A stretch of DNA of 64,000 bases from an uncultured bacterium (GCA_903936775.1 CAIZWU010000181.1:163-64162); one strand, 5' to 3'. Counted from the stretch's first letter, positions 37,589-48,076 are shown. A program made the numbers and translations. Notes: generated by a model not told the origin, from the sequence alone.

Positions 37589-38194
37589 TTACAAAACCTC
37601 ACGGATTGCCTGCATCAGGTCGCCGTAGTCATCGAAGGCCGGAAACTGGGGGAATTGGGCGCGGATGCTTTCCGGGGCGTGAAAGAGAAATCCAGCATCG
37701 GCCTGCCCCAGCATGGTGGTGTCGTTGAAGGAATCGCCAGCGGCAATGACCCGGTAATTCAGTCCCTGCAACGCTTCCACCGCCCGTTGTTTTTGATTCG
37801 GCTGGCGGAGCTTGTAATCGGTGATTTTCCCGTCCCGCACCTCCAGTTGGTGACACAGGATAGCGGGCCAGCCGAGTTGGCGCATCAGGGGCTGGGCGAA
37901 CTCCCCGAAAGTATCGGACAAAATCACCACTTGAGTCAGCTCACGGAGTTCGTCCAAAAAAGCTTTCGCGCCAGGCAGCGGTTCGAGGGTGCCGATCACG
38001 TCCTGGATCAGCCCGAGAGTGAGGCCATGCTGGTCCAGTAAATCGAGGCGGTAACGCATCAGCACATCGTAGTCTGGCTCGTCGCGGGTGGTGCGGCGGA
38101 GGGCCTCGATCCCGGTCCGTTCGGCCACGGCGATCCAGATTTCCGGAACGAGGACGCCTTCGAGATCGAGCGTGACGATGGTTTGTGCTTTCAT
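37589..38194 (-). CDS. thrH: Phosphoserine phosphatase / homoserine phosphotransferase ThrH (HAD family)
   Basis: LDLEGVLVPEIWIAVAERTGI ... TTRDEPDYDVLM ... VVILSDTF.EF.QPLMRQLG ... RVIAAGDSFNDTTML is near-colinear with Pseudomonas ThrH as I recall it. Confidence 0.8.
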   Translation of the reverse strand: MKAQTIVTLDLEGVLVPEIWIAVAERTGIEALRRTTRDEPDYDVLMRYRLDLLDQHGLTLGLIQDVIGTLEPLPGAKAFLDELRELTQVVILSDTFGEFAQPLMRQLGWPAILCHQLEVRDGKITDYKLRQPNQKQRAVEALQGLNYRVIAAGDSFNDTTMLGQADAGFLFHAPESIRAQFPQFPAFDDYGDLMQAIREVL

Positions 38195-38357
38195 GGCGCG
38201 TCCTTTCCATGCGGCGGGGCGCTTGTCCAGCGGGGGTGGCGGGAAGTTGTTCACCGGGTTCCTCACCGTCTGCCCACGGGTTATCCGCGGGTTATTCCCA
38301 ATCCGCTAGCCCTTTGCGCTTTCCCTGCCCTTTTCTTTGCCACATTGAACACATTAC

Positions 38358-39809
38358 ATGTCTGAAACTGCCTCATTCCCGTCGTCCAACAGTGCCCCGG
38401 CCCTCCAAGGGAAAGGCTGGCGGAACAAAACCGAGGCTCCCGCGTGGAATGACCCCACGCGCCCGCTGCCCAGTGCCCACGACATGGAGCGCGGGGTGCT
38501 GAGCTGCATGATGCAGGCCCCGGAATACGCGGTGGGAGCAGCCATGGAACTGCTGACGCCACAGCATTTCCACGTGCCCGCCCACGAGATGCTCTACGGG
38601 CTGCTGGTGGAGCAGAACGATGCCGGCAAACCGATCGATCCGGTCTCGATCCAGCAGTTGCTGATGGACCGGAAGCTGATGGAAAATGTCGGCGGTCCGG
38701 CGGCGGTGGCGGAGATTTATACGTTTGCTCCCACGCCCGCCCATGTCACCCACTATGCGACCCAGGTGCGGGAAAAAGCGACCCTGCGCCGCGTCATCAC
38801 GTCCTGCAGCGAGTGTATTAACCGTGCCTTCGAGGACCAGGAAAATGTGGGGCCGCTGCTGGATGAAGTCGAAGCCCGCATTCTCGGCATCCGCGAGGAT
38901 GAAGTCGGCAAAAAGGGCATGCTGACGATGAAGGAACACGTCTTCAAAGCGATTGATGACCTCGAGGCCAAGGCCGCAAATCCCAATGCCATCAACGGGA
39001 TTGCGACCGGATTCAAGATTCTGGACGAGATGACCGGCGGGATGCATGCCGGGGAAATGATCATCGTGGCGGCCCGGCCCTCCATGGGAAAGACCTCGTT
39101 TGCCATGAACATCGTGGAAAACGTGGCGGTGGATCAAAACCGGCCCTGTGCGGTTTTCAGTTTGGAAATGACCGCGGACAGTCTGGTGCAACGTCTGATT
39201 TGCTCGCGGGCGAAAATCAACATGCGCTCACTGATGAGCGGGCAGTTTTTGAATCAGGGATCGTTCCAGATGATGACCCGCGCGGCCAGTGCCCTGGCGG
39301 GCAGCAAGATTTTCATCGACGACACCCCGGCCTTGTCAATTCTGGATCTGCGCTCCAAAGCCCGGCGGCTGCACAAGATGCACAAGATCGAAATGATCAT
39401 GGTGGACTACCTCCAGCTCTGCCGCAGCACCAGCCGCCGCGCCCAGGACAACCGGCAGCAGGAAATCGCCGAGATTTCCAGTGGCCTGAAAGCCCTCGCC
39501 AAGGAACTGAGCCTGCCAATCATCGTGCTGGCCCAGCTGAACCGTGGGGCGGAAAACCGGACCAGCAACAAACCCAAGCTGAGCGACCTCCGCGAATCCG
39601 GTTCCATCGAGCAGGATGCCGACGTGGTGGGGCTGCTGTTCCGTCAGGAATATTATGCGGAGGACGATGACGCCCGGGCGGAAAGCGCCGGGGAAGCGGA
39701 ATTCCTCATCGCCAAACAGCGTAACGGCCCCACCGGCGGAGTGCCCCTGACTTTCCGCAAGGAATTCATGCGCTTCGAGGACCGCGAGGGCGAGGTCTCG
39801 GAAATCTGA
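38358..39809 (+). CDS. dnaB: Replicative DNA helicase DnaB
   Basis: N-terminal domain ERGVLSCMM, Walker A ARPSMGKTSFAMN, Walker B MVDYLQL, and SGSIEQDADVV. Confidence 0.93.
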   Translation: MSETASFPSSNSAPALQGKGWRNKTEAPAWNDPTRPLPSAHDMERGVLSCMMQAPEYAVGAAMELLTPQHFHVPAHEMLYGLLVEQNDAGKPIDPVSIQQLLMDRKLMENVGGPAAVAEIYTFAPTPAHVTHYATQVREKATLRRVITSCSECINRAFEDQENVGPLLDEVEARILGIREDEVGKKGMLTMKEHVFKAIDDLEAKAANPNAINGIATGFKILDEMTGGMHAGEMIIVAARPSMGKTSFAMNIVENVAVDQNRPCAVFSLEMTADSLVQRLICSRAKINMRSLMSGQFLNQGSFQMMTRAASALAGSKIFIDDTPALSILDLRSKARRLHKMHKIEMIMVDYLQLCRSTSRRAQDNRQQEIAEISSGLKALAKELSLPIIVLAQLNRGAENRTSNKPKLSDLRESGSIEQDADVVGLLFRQEYYAEDDDARAESAGEAEFLIAKQRNGPTGGVPLTFRKEFMRFEDREGEVSEI

Positions 39810-39872
39810 CCGCGCTACGGCGGTCGGCGCAACACAACGGTCTGGGATTCCCCTGACCTGCCCTGCCCAGAG

Positions 39873-39912
39873 AAAAAACCCTGTGCCACCCGGGACGGGC
39901 AGCACAGGGTTT
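39873..39912. terminator. Bidirectional intrinsic terminator between convergent genes
   Basis: AAAAAA-CCCTGTGC-ca-CCCG-gga-CGGG-ca-GCACAGGG-TTT. The hairpin is symmetric, flanked by an A-run and a T-run, and lies between the dnaB stop and the PEP-CTERM gene stop. Confidence 0.65.
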
Positions 39913-39931
39913 GAAGTCAAACCGCTGGAAC

Positions 39932-41905
39932 TCAGGCGGAACGGCGGCGGCGGGTGCCGAAGAGCAGTCCCAAACCAGCCAGAGCGGAAACTGCCGCGGT
40001 GGGTTCCGGCACGACTGTCAGGTTCACCTGATTGGCAATGCTGGTGTCGATGGCGGAACCCGGATAGGACGCCAGGAAACCGGGCTGCAGGGAGAGTCCG
40101 TTATTCGTCAGGCTGCCGGTGTAATCAAAGATACGATAGCTGCCGTTGCCAAAACCGGCGAGCGGCGTGATCTGGAGGGTGCCGTCCAGGGTGAGGTCTC
40201 CGGTGACGCTGATGAGGTCGTTCACGTTGCTGCCGACGATGCCGGGAGTATCGAGTTCGTAGGCCAGAGTCGTGCTGGAGAGGAGCCCCAGATTCCCCAC
40301 ATTCAGAGTCCCGGGGCTGGTGCCGGGAGCCAAAGTGGCTCCTTCCGCCACGGTCACGCTGCCCACCGTGCCGTTACCGGCCAGAGTCGCCCCGTTGGAA
40401 ATGCTGACGCTGCCGGACACGCTGCCAATGACAGCCAAAGTGCCGCTGCTGATCGTCGTGAGTCCCACGTAGGTGTTGGCCCCGCTGAGGGTCAGGGTTC
40501 CGGCTCCCGTCTTAGTCAAATCGCCCACTCCATCCAAAGCGGCGCTGATGCCGATACTGAAACCGTTGGAATCCACGGTAAGTCCACCCGCCAGGATTTC
40601 GACCTCAGCCGAGCTGAGCGCGGTGGCTGAAGGATTGAAGGTGGTGCCGTCCAGCACAGAGAGGTATTGGGCCTGATCGGCCGTAGCTTTGAGAACGCCA
40701 CCGTTGAAGTTGAACTGGGCGGTCCCGCCAGTTTTGCCCAGGAAGGGAGTGGCCACGGTGCCACCCGCATTCAGATCCAACGTCCCGTTACCGGTAGCCA
40801 AATGGCCAAGGGAAATGCCGCCGCTCGAATTCACGGTGCCAGTTCCTGAAACCGTCAGGGTCCCGGTGCCTTCTTCCCCGATGATCAGGCGGGCCGTGGT
40901 GTTCGTCTGGTTGAATGAACCTCCAGAAATTGTCGCCTGTCCATTGCCCGCCACAAACCGTCCGACCACCGGGAAGGCGCTGAAGTTGGCCGTGCCGCCG
41001 GATTGGACAAATGATCCCTGCGCCCCAGCTCCGATCTGGAAATTGCCACCCGCATTGAGCGTGCCGCCATTCATCGTGTAAATGCTGCCGGCCGCACCTG
41101 CATTGCCCGCGATCTGGGTATCAGCCCCGGTGCCGCGGATGGTGAATGTGGTCCCCGCTGCCTGGGTGAAAGTGCCGACATAGTCTTTGCCGACCAGAAT
41201 ATTGTTGGCGTCCAGAGTGCCTCCATTGAGGAAATATTCACCTTTGGTGCCTGCGACCGCGGCACCATTTTCATTGCTGCCAAGCCAGAGGCGGGCATTG
41301 GCATCGGTGACGCCGGCGTTCACGGCACCGCCACTTTGGGTGAAGGTCCCGGTGGTCCCGCCCACTCCCGCGACGCTCTCACCGATGATCATCCAGCTAT
41401 TGGCGTTTAATTGGCCGGCGGACATATTCACCGATCCGGTCGCTCCCCGGGAACCGACGGAAAAGTCACTCCCCGCAGTCACCGTGCCGCTGGTATTGAT
41501 GATCATGCTGCCTGTGCCGCCGTTGAACTCACGTTGGCCGCCAACATAAATGCGCCCCGTGGTCATGGACGCGGTTCCGGTCACATTCCAAGCCCCGGTG
41601 CCGCCATCAGTGCCGATGAAGGTCCAGCCGGCATTGGTATGGTTCCCTGCGCTCTGGTTGACGGTTCCATTCGTCCCCGCACCTCTTCCGATAAAAGGAT
41701 CCTGAATCGCCGGGGTGTCCGCGGTGATGGTCGCGGTTCCTGAGTTGATATAGGCGAAATTACCACCGCCGCCGCTGGGCACAGTGGCGGGAGTCCAGCT
41801 CGCTGCCGTATTCCAATCCGCCACGCCTCCGTTAAACGTGTAATCCACCGCCATGACGGCAGATGGCGCAGTAACGAAGGTGAGGAGCAAGGCGCGGATT
41901 TTCAT
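39932..41905 (-). CDS. Autotransporter-associated beta-strand repeat protein with a PEP-CTERM anchor
   Basis: Signal peptide, many G/T/N-rich beta-helix repeats, LTKTGAGTLTLSGANTYVGLTTISSGTL (PATR repeat), and the C-terminal VPEPTAAVSALAGLGLLFGTRRRRSA. Confidence 0.85.
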   Translation of the reverse strand: MKIRALLLTFVTAPSAVMAVDYTFNGGVADWNTAASWTPATVPSGGGGNFAYINSGTATITADTPAIQDPFIGRGAGTNGTVNQSAGNHTNAGWTFIGTDGGTGAWNVTGTASMTTGRIYVGGQREFNGGTGSMIINTSGTVTAGSDFSVGSRGATGSVNMSAGQLNANSWMIIGESVAGVGGTTGTFTQSGGAVNAGVTDANARLWLGSNENGAAVAGTKGEYFLNGGTLDANNILVGKDYVGTFTQAAGTTFTIRGTGADTQIAGNAGAAGSIYTMNGGTLNAGGNFQIGAGAQGSFVQSGGTANFSAFPVVGRFVAGNGQATISGGSFNQTNTTARLIIGEEGTGTLTVSGTGTVNSSGGISLGHLATGNGTLDLNAGGTVATPFLGKTGGTAQFNFNGGVLKATADQAQYLSVLDGTTFNPSATALSSAEVEILAGGLTVDSNGFSIGISAALDGVGDLTKTGAGTLTLSGANTYVGLTTISSGTLAVIGSVSGSVSISNGATLAGNGTVGSVTVAEGATLAPGTSPGTLNVGNLGLLSSTTLAYELDTPGIVGSNVNDLISVTGDLTLDGTLQITPLAGFGNGSYRIFDYTGSLTNNGLSLQPGFLASYPGSAIDTSIANQVNLTVVPEPTAAVSALAGLGLLFGTRRRRSA

Positions 41906-42039
41906 GTAGGTATATTGGAAAATGAAGCTGAAAAATGGATGAACGTCGATTTTCTACCTATGAATACCCCTTGGGACAATGTTAATTTACAATGGAATCA
42001 CGCTATCCGACTACGGTTTTTGACCGTCGGCAGGCCGGA

Positions 42040-43137
42040 TTATTTACCAGACGGAACGGGTGCCGATGGTGGGCCGGCCGGTCTCATGGCGTCTTCAACC
42101 TCTTTCAAGGCGATTTTTGACAAGCCTGGCTTCAAGGCTTCAAAGCGCTCCATGCCCGCAGGAACTCCGTTGGCGGCGGCGCGCCGGTAGTTGATGGCTG
42201 CATTTACTGGATTGGCGGCCGTTCCCTCGCCCCGCTCGAACATTTCCCCCAGCAACAACTGGGCGGGGCCAAAATTCGCTTTCGCCGCGGCAGCGAAGGC
42301 TGCGCCGGCTTTGCTCAGATCTGGCGGAATCCCAACGCCGCCGCGATAACAGTTTCCAAGATTCACCATCGCAGCCGTATTCCCCAAGTCAGCGGCGGCA
42401 TGAAAATAGCCGATCGCGGCGGTCGGGTCTTTTTCCACTCCCCGGCCTTGCTGGAGGCTGATTCCGGCCTCGTTCAGGGCCAGAGGATGCCCGGTCTGTG
42501 CGGCTTTAGCGATCAATTTCCAGCCCGCTACCGGATCCGCCTCCATGCCCTGCCCGGCCGCGAGCATCATGCCAAGGCGGCACATCGCGCCCGGCTCGGC
42601 CTGATCGGCCGCCTTGCGGAACCATTGCAGGGGTTCGGCAAAGCTGACGTCGCGTGCCTTGGGGTCGATCTGCTCCATCAGTAGAGCGCCATAAGCAGCC
42701 TGGGACGGAGCATGCCCGCTTTCGGCAGCCTGCTGGATGAGAAATTTGGCGCGTTCCGGATCGGCTTTGACGCCGGCAACCCCGGATTGGAGGAAGCGGG
42801 CAAGGGCGTATTGGGCCGGGGCGTGACCGGCGACCGCGGATTTCTCCAGCAACGCAGCTCCGTCTTCCGGTTTGGCGTCCTTGACGCTTCCCGAGAAGAC
42901 GAGATTGGCCAGCGCCAACTGGGCCGCGGCATCCCCGGAAGCGGCGGCTTTTTGCAGTGCAGGAATATCAGGCAACGGATTGGCCGGAGCAGACGCTAGC
43001 GTCTTTTCCGATCGCGGCAGCTTTTGACTGAGACCAGGCAGCGGAGTGCCTTGCCCAAAAGCCAGACCGGAAATGACGGGACTCCCCCCTAAAATGAGAC
43101 CGAGAGCCGATACGGGCAACGCAGAGCGGAAGATCAT
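42040..43137 (-). CDS. Sel1-repeat (TPR-like) secreted protein
   Basis: Signal peptide from the ATG at 43137. There are at least 6 Sel1 units (A.GHAPAQYALARFL..G.G...D...A..W..KAA). Confidence 0.8.
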   Translation of the reverse strand: MIFRSALPVSALGLILGGSPVISGLAFGQGTPLPGLSQKLPRSEKTLASAPANPLPDIPALQKAAASGDAAAQLALANLVFSGSVKDAKPEDGAALLEKSAVAGHAPAQYALARFLQSGVAGVKADPERAKFLIQQAAESGHAPSQAAYGALLMEQIDPKARDVSFAEPLQWFRKAADQAEPGAMCRLGMMLAAGQGMEADPVAGWKLIAKAAQTGHPLALNEAGISLQQGRGVEKDPTAAIGYFHAAADLGNTAAMVNLGNCYRGGVGIPPDLSKAGAAFAAAAKANFGPAQLLLGEMFERGEGTAANPVNAAINYRRAAANGVPAGMERFEALKPGLSKIALKEVEDAMRPAGPPSAPVPSGK

Positions 43138-43183
43138 GATGGAATAAATTGGTTTTTCAAAAACAGGAGCCTGCCGGATGGAT

Positions 43184-46100
43184 TCACTGTTGTTCCAACA
43201 CCACGGCAGCTGCCGAATTGCGGGTGACCACGATGTCCGCTTTTCCATCGCCATTCACGTCCTGCACGGAAACAGCCTTCATGCAGCCGCTCAGAGAAAT
43301 TCCGCTCTCCAACGGGGCCACAGGAGTGAAATTGCCCTGCCCATCGTTTTTGAGGAGCAGGCCGACCCCGTTGTCGTAGCGGGAGGTTTCAATCTGGGGG
43401 CCGTGGAGCCAGTTTTGTGCGAGGAAAAGGTCCACTTGGCCGTCTCCGGTGAAGTCCGCAGCGGCGATGCCGAAGACCGGCGCATTCTGGGCCTCGCGAA
43501 TGAAGGGGGTCCAGGCAAACTTGCCACCGCCCTGATTCATCCAGGACCCGCTGCGGAATTCGTTGGCCTCGTATTTCTCCGCGGCCTTGAGTTTGTCCTC
43601 GCTGTAAACATCCGTCAAGCTGGCGATGGCAAACGTTTTGAAGGTCGGGAATTTTGATTTGATAAAGGGCATCGCGGTGCTGGAGCAACTGCGCCCCCGC
43701 TCCGGGTAAAGCACATCGCCCAACTCGTTTTTCTCACGCTTAACCTCGACCACCTGACACTTCCCGGAATCATCAAAAACCCCGTAATAAGTCACCATCG
43801 GGTGCTCGGCTTCGGGGGTTTTATACTTGCTGTTCAAACCCAGGTTGCCCGCCACAAGGTCCACCTTGCCATCGCCATTCAGGTCCGCTGCGGTGAGGCT
43901 GTTCCACCAACCGGTCACTGACGCGAGTCCAGATTCCGCCGTGGTCTCCTGGAGGCGGCCTTTTCCATTGGTGAAAAGCCTGACGGGCCCCCACTCGCAG
44001 GACAGCACGAGATCAGGCCAGGAATCACCATCGGCATCGGCCCAGGCGGCACTGCTCACCAGCCCGGCGGCGGCCAGTCCGGCCACTTTGTCCGTGACAT
44101 CCTCAAATTTCACCGTGCCCTTCGCGGAGACATTGCGGAGCAGCCGGCTGCGGTCACTGCGGGGCCAGTCCTGGGCTTTACAGCGGGCTCCGATGAAAAG
44201 ATCCGGCAGGCCATCCTTGTCGAAATCGGCGGCCGCCAGCGCACCGGCAAACACGCGGATATCCGGGAGGCCAGCCCCGGCCGTGAAGCCACCCTTGCCG
44301 TCATTCAGATAAAGGCGGGCCCGCTGTTCCGGGGCATCCGGCAGAAATTCATTGGTCCCGCTGACCACGCAGAGATCGAGATCCCGGTCCCCGTCGGCGT
44401 CGAGGAAAACCGCCCCGCTGTCCTCACAATCCTTGTCCGCGCGGAAACCTTCGGTCCATTTGCCGACGAAGCCCCCTTTCCCATCCGCAAGCCGCAACTG
44501 GGCCAGCTCGCCGGCGCTGCCGCCGTAGAACACATCGGCTTTTCCGTCGCCATTCACATCGCCCCAGGCCATGCACGGTCCGAGCTGGCTGTAGCTGTGC
44601 GGCAGCAGGGTGTGGCGCAGGAAGTCGGCTTCCCAGCCGGTGTCCTTCCCCTTCAGCGACGCCAGCGCCTGACTTTCCTTGAAGAGCGGTGCCGGCACCG
44701 GATGGTCCGGGGTGCGCGGGGAAAGCCGGGCCGGGCGCTCTACTTTGAGCCGTTGATCCGCCTTCACATTTGTCAGGATCTGTTCCCCTCCGTCCTTGCC
44801 GGGCCAGCGGATTTTCAACTCCGTGACGACGGTTTCGCTGCCGAGTCCGAAGTGGACCACCGGTTCATTGTAGGAATGATACCCGGTCTGCGGGCTGAGG
44901 TAGCGCATTTGCGGCCCACTGCTGGTTTTGACCACGATTTCCGCCCCGATGGCGTGCCGGTTCCCCTTGGTGCCTATCAGATCCACCGCCAGCCAGTGCC
45001 GGCCTGCGGCGTCATTGCGCCAGATGCCATTCGGCTCCTCGAGATTCACGGTAACGATATCCACATCACCATCCTGATCCAGGTCCGCATAGGCCGCACC
45101 GTAGCTGACGCCCACGTGGCCGAGGCCCCAGGCATCACTGACTTCCTCGAATTTCGCGTGCCCGGTGTTCCGGTAGGCCCGGTTCTTTTCCTTCCTCATC
45201 TCGCCATTTTTCCAGAACTCGAACATGTGTTTGCCGACCAGCATGTCCTGGGTGACTTTGATATCGCTGTCATTCATGTGCCGGCTGATGCCGTTGGTGA
45301 AATAGATGTCCTGCCAGCCGTCGTTGTCGAAATCCGCAAACTTCACCGCCCACGTCCAGTCCGTGCTGGACACCCCGTAAAGGCGTGCGCCCTCACTGAA
45401 CCGCTCCGTGCCTGTGCCAATCAGCAGGGTGTTCTGCATCTGCTGCTGCGGACTGGCGAAGTAGGCGCGCTTCGCATCCAGGCCACCCATCACCCCCATG
45501 GTGGTCTTGCTCTTGAAGTGGGAAGTCGCGCTCATGTCAGCCACCAGCAGGTCGGGCAGCAAATCATTGTTCACATCTCCCTGATCGCAGCCCATGCTGA
45601 ACCACGGCGTGTGGGGAGCGGCCTCCGCGATGACATCGGTGAAGGTGCCATTGCCGTTGTTTTTGTAGAGACGGTCTCCGCTGATGAAGTCATTGCCGAC
45701 ATAAATATCCGGCCAGCCATCCCGGTTATAGTCCCACCAGGTGACGCTCAGGCCATCGCCCCGACCGGCGATTCCTGCCTCCCGGCTCACGTCGGTGAAT
45801 TTGACCACGCCATCCTTGCTGTCATTCCGGTAAAGCAGATCCGGGGTGCCCGTCGTCTCAGTGCCCCAGTGATCAAAATCATACCGCCACATGCTGTAGT
45901 ATTTCTCGAACTCCGGCTTCACCACCGGCAACCCACCCTCCCCCGGCTGGGTCAGTTCCTTGATATCCTGACGCGTTCCCGCCGGGTCCTCGATCCGGTT
46001 GGTCAGCAGATACAAATCCAGATCGCCGTCCCCATCGTAATCCGCAAAGGCCGCACTGTGGGAACAGTCCACCGCGCCCAGCCTGCAGGAATCCGGGGCC

Positions 46101-46612
46101 ACCGTAAATTTCACCACGCCATCCGCTCCGGTGGCATTCAACCACAACTGATTGGGCTGCAGGTAACGGCACACATACAGGTCGGATTTGCCATCCCCAT
46201 TGGCATCCCCGGCGGCGATTCCGGCCACCCATTCCTCCTTCCCTCCCCCATTGGCAAAACCCGAGGAGGCCGTCGCGTCGGCAAACTTGATTTCCCCCGG
46301 TCCCCCGGTATTCCGGTAAATACGGCTCTTTTCCCGGCCGCCCCCAAAAACCAGTTCCGGCCGGCCATCCCCATTCAGATCCTCCACCACCACCCCACCG
46401 CAGGTCATACCGCTGTGATACAGATAACTCAGCGCATGGTTGATCTCCATGCGGTTGACCATGTCCACGCCCGTTTGATCAGGACCCAGCCGGACAAATT
46501 GTGTCGTGGGAGCTCCTGCCACGGGAACCGTGGCGGCCCCCGCAGGCAGGGAGGCCATCATGAAACCGGCAGCCCCCCGGAGGAGAGTGTTGAGGAAAAT
46601 AGGAGAAGTCAT
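43184..46612 (-). CDS. FG-GAP/VCBS repeat protein with an ASPIC/UnbV domain (CRTAC1 family)
   Basis: Repeated D.NGDG..D(L/I) calcium-type FG-GAP units and the central ASPIC/UnbV motif GNRHAIGAEIVVKTSSGPQMRY...GYHSYNEPVVHFGLG. The ATG at 46612 gives a signal-like N-terminus. Confidence 0.85.
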   Translation of the reverse strand: MTSPIFLNTLLRGAAGFMMASLPAGAATVPVAGAPTTQFVRLGPDQTGVDMVNRMEINHALSYLYHSGMTCGGVVVEDLNGDGRPELVFGGGREKSRIYRNTGGPGEIKFADATASSGFANGGGKEEWVAGIAAGDANGDGKSDLYVCRYLQPNQLWLNATGADGVVKFTVAPDSCRLGAVDCSHSAAFADYDGDGDLDLYLLTNRIEDPAGTRQDIKELTQPGEGGLPVVKPEFEKYYSMWRYDFDHWGTETTGTPDLLYRNDSKDGVVKFTDVSREAGIAGRGDGLSVTWWDYNRDGWPDIYVGNDFISGDRLYKNNGNGTFTDVIAEAAPHTPWFSMGCDQGDVNNDLLPDLLVADMSATSHFKSKTTMGVMGGLDAKRAYFASPQQQMQNTLLIGTGTERFSEGARLYGVSSTDWTWAVKFADFDNDGWQDIYFTNGISRHMNDSDIKVTQDMLVGKHMFEFWKNGEMRKEKNRAYRNTGHAKFEEVSDAWGLGHVGVSYGAAYADLDQDGDVDIVTVNLEEPNGIWRNDAAGRHWLAVDLIGTKGNRHAIGAEIVVKTSSGPQMRYLSPQTGYHSYNEPVVHFGLGSETVVTELKIRWPGKDGGEQILTNVKADQRLKVERPARLSPRTPDHPVPAPLFKESQALASLKGKDTGWEADFLRHTLLPHSYSQLGPCMAWGDVNGDGKADVFYGGSAGELAQLRLADGKGGFVGKWTEGFRADKDCEDSGAVFLDADGDRDLDLCVVSGTNEFLPDAPEQRARLYLNDGKGGFTAGAGLPDIRVFAGALAAADFDKDGLPDLFIGARCKAQDWPRSDRSRLLRNVSAKGTVKFEDVTDKVAGLAAAGLVSSAAWADADGDSWPDLVLSCEWGPVRLFTNGKGRLQETTAESGLASVTGWWNSLTAADLNGDGKVDLVAGNLGLNSKYKTPEAEHPMVTYYGVFDDSGKCQVVEVKREKNELGDVLYPERGRSCSSTAMPFIKSKFPTFKTFAIASLTDVYSEDKLKAAEKYEANEFRSGSWMNQGGGKFAWTPFIREAQNAPVFGIAAADFTGDGQVDLFLAQNWLHGPQIETSRYDNGVGLLLKNDGQGNFTPVAPLESGISLSGCMKAVSVQDVNGDGKADIVVTRNSAAAVVLEQQ

Positions 46613-46760
46613 CGGAATTCGCAGCGTGGAAAGCGGGGATTGAGTGTGCAATGCCCTCCCCCATGGCGTCAAGCGCCACTCGGATTCCTTTGGGCAAGTC
46701 CAGCCGCCCAGCCTCAGCAGGCAGGTCCGGAACCGGGTTGGAGGATGATTCCCCGTCCCT

Positions 46761-48011
46761 CTAGCCCACAAAACGCCGGATCACTACGGAAGCATTGTGG
46801 CCCCCGAAACCGAAACCATTGCTGATGGCGACGTCAATCTTTGCTTCCCTGGCCACATGCGGAACATAGTCCAGGTCACACTCCGGTTCAGGATCATCGA
46901 GATTGATCGTGGGGTGGATGATGCCATCGCGGATGGACAGGACACAGGCGGCCAGTTCGATGGCTCCGGCGGCTCCCAGCAGGTGGCCGGTCATGCTCTT
47001 GGTGGCGCTGATGAGGAGGCCATTTTTGGCGTGGTCTCCAAACGTTTTTTTGATGGCCCGGGTTTCGCAGATATCGCCCATCGGCGTGGAGGTGGCATGG
47101 GCATTGACATACTGGATGTCTTCCGGATTCACCCGGGCATGCTTGAGCGCCATCTGCATGCAGCGGGCGACGTGGTCCCCTTCGGGGTTGGGGGCAGAGA
47201 GGTGGTAGGCATCGGCACTGACGCCATAACCGATCATTTCCGCATAAATGCGGGCACCGCGCTTTTTGGCGTGCTCCAGTTCCTCAATCACCATCACGCC
47301 GGCGCCTTCTCCCATCACGAAGCCATCGCGGCCGCGGTCAAAGGGACGGGAAGCGCGCTCCGGCTCATCATTCCGGGTGGAAAGAGCCCTCATATTGCCG
47401 AAACCCGCGTAGCCCATCGGCAGGATGGTGGCTTCCGCGCCACCGCAGAGGAAAGCGTCGGCATCCCCGAATTTGATCATGCGCCAGGCTTCCCCGATGT
47501 TGTTATTACTGGTGGCACAGGCCGTCACGATCACCATATTGGGACCATGCAGGCCATGCTCCATGCTGATGATGCCGCTCCCGATGTTGCTGATCATCAT
47601 CGGGATGGTGAACGGGCTGACCCGGTTCGGTCCTTTCATGAGGAGATTGGTGTGCTGCTCTTCATGGGTGGCCAAACCGCCAATCCCGCTGCCGACCATC
47701 ACCCCGAAACGGGTGGAATCGATCTGGCTGAGATCCACCCCGGAATCATCCAGGGCCATTTTGGCGGCAGCCACCCCGAGCCCGGCATAGCGGTCGCAGC
47801 GCTTGCCATCCTTGGGCACTTTGAAAAACGGGACGTAATCGAAATCCTTCACTTCTCCCCCGATCTGGCAGGCATAACCGGTGGTATCGAACTGAGTCAC
47901 CTTGCCTATCCCGCTTTTTCCGGCGACAAGGTTTTTCCAGAAGGTTTCGACATCATTTCCTACGGGGGAAATGACGCCCATACCAGTGATGACAACGCGG
48001 CGTTCGGTCAT
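46761..48011 (-). CDS. fabF: Beta-ketoacyl-ACP synthase II
   Basis: RRVVITGMGVISPVGN, active-site Cys context VTACATSNN, HATSTPMGD and GFGGHNASVV. Confidence 0.92.
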   Translation of the reverse strand: MTERRVVITGMGVISPVGNDVETFWKNLVAGKSGIGKVTQFDTTGYACQIGGEVKDFDYVPFFKVPKDGKRCDRYAGLGVAAAKMALDDSGVDLSQIDSTRFGVMVGSGIGGLATHEEQHTNLLMKGPNRVSPFTIPMMISNIGSGIISMEHGLHGPNMVIVTACATSNNNIGEAWRMIKFGDADAFLCGGAEATILPMGYAGFGNMRALSTRNDEPERASRPFDRGRDGFVMGEGAGVMVIEELEHAKKRGARIYAEMIGYGVSADAYHLSAPNPEGDHVARCMQMALKHARVNPEDIQYVNAHATSTPMGDICETRAIKKTFGDHAKNGLLISATKSMTGHLLGAAGAIELAACVLSIRDGIIHPTINLDDPEPECDLDYVPHVAREAKIDVAISNGFGFGGHNASVVIRRFVG

Positions 48012-48033
48012 GGGGTAGCGGGTGCTGAAGGCT

Positions 48034-48076
48034 GAAAAGACAAAGACGGCGGGCCGGGCTTGTCCCGTCCGCCGTC
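48034..48076 (-). terminator. Probable intrinsic terminator after the beta-barrel gene
   Basis: Minus-strand GC-rich hairpin GACGGCGG-a-CGGG / CCCGG-c-CCGCCGTC with one bulge, followed by the T-rich TCTTTGTCTTTTC. Confidence 0.5.

Noticed and set aside
38281-38300. Two DnaA-box-like 9-mers (TTATCCGCG and TTATTCCCA) 11 bp apart, upstream of dnaB. This raised the possibility of an oriC.
   Set aside because: There are only two imperfect boxes. There is no AT-rich unwinding element and no dnaA, dnaN or other origin-linked genes nearby. The boxes are compatible with chance or at most DnaA-dependent regulation.
41906-42039. An AT-rich spacer with short direct repeats (GAAAATG twice, ACAATG twice) upstream of the beta-strand-repeat PEP-CTERM gene.
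   Set aside because: It is most simply an ordinary AT-rich promoter or UP-element region. The repeats are short and unremarkable in AT-rich DNA.
44597-46825. A 742-aa plus-strand ORF. Similar cases are 34039..35862 (607 aa), 21108..22448 (446 aa), 46797..48035 (412 aa), 7360..8352 (330 aa) and 58447..59508 (353 aa).
   Set aside because: All are antisense or out-of-frame shadows of well-supported genes (FG-GAP/ASPIC, CotH, the giant PSCyt gene and membrane gene, fabF, rnhC, cbpA). All have low-complexity R/G/P/H-rich composition. They are GC-content artefacts.
46761-48011. fabF without an adjacent acpP, fabG or fabD gene, considered as a possible specialised lipid or polyketide locus.
   Set aside because: The sequence is a standard KAS II. 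The neighbours are unrelated surface proteins, and stand-alone fabF paralogs are common. Nothing else in the vicinity suggests a biosynthetic cluster.
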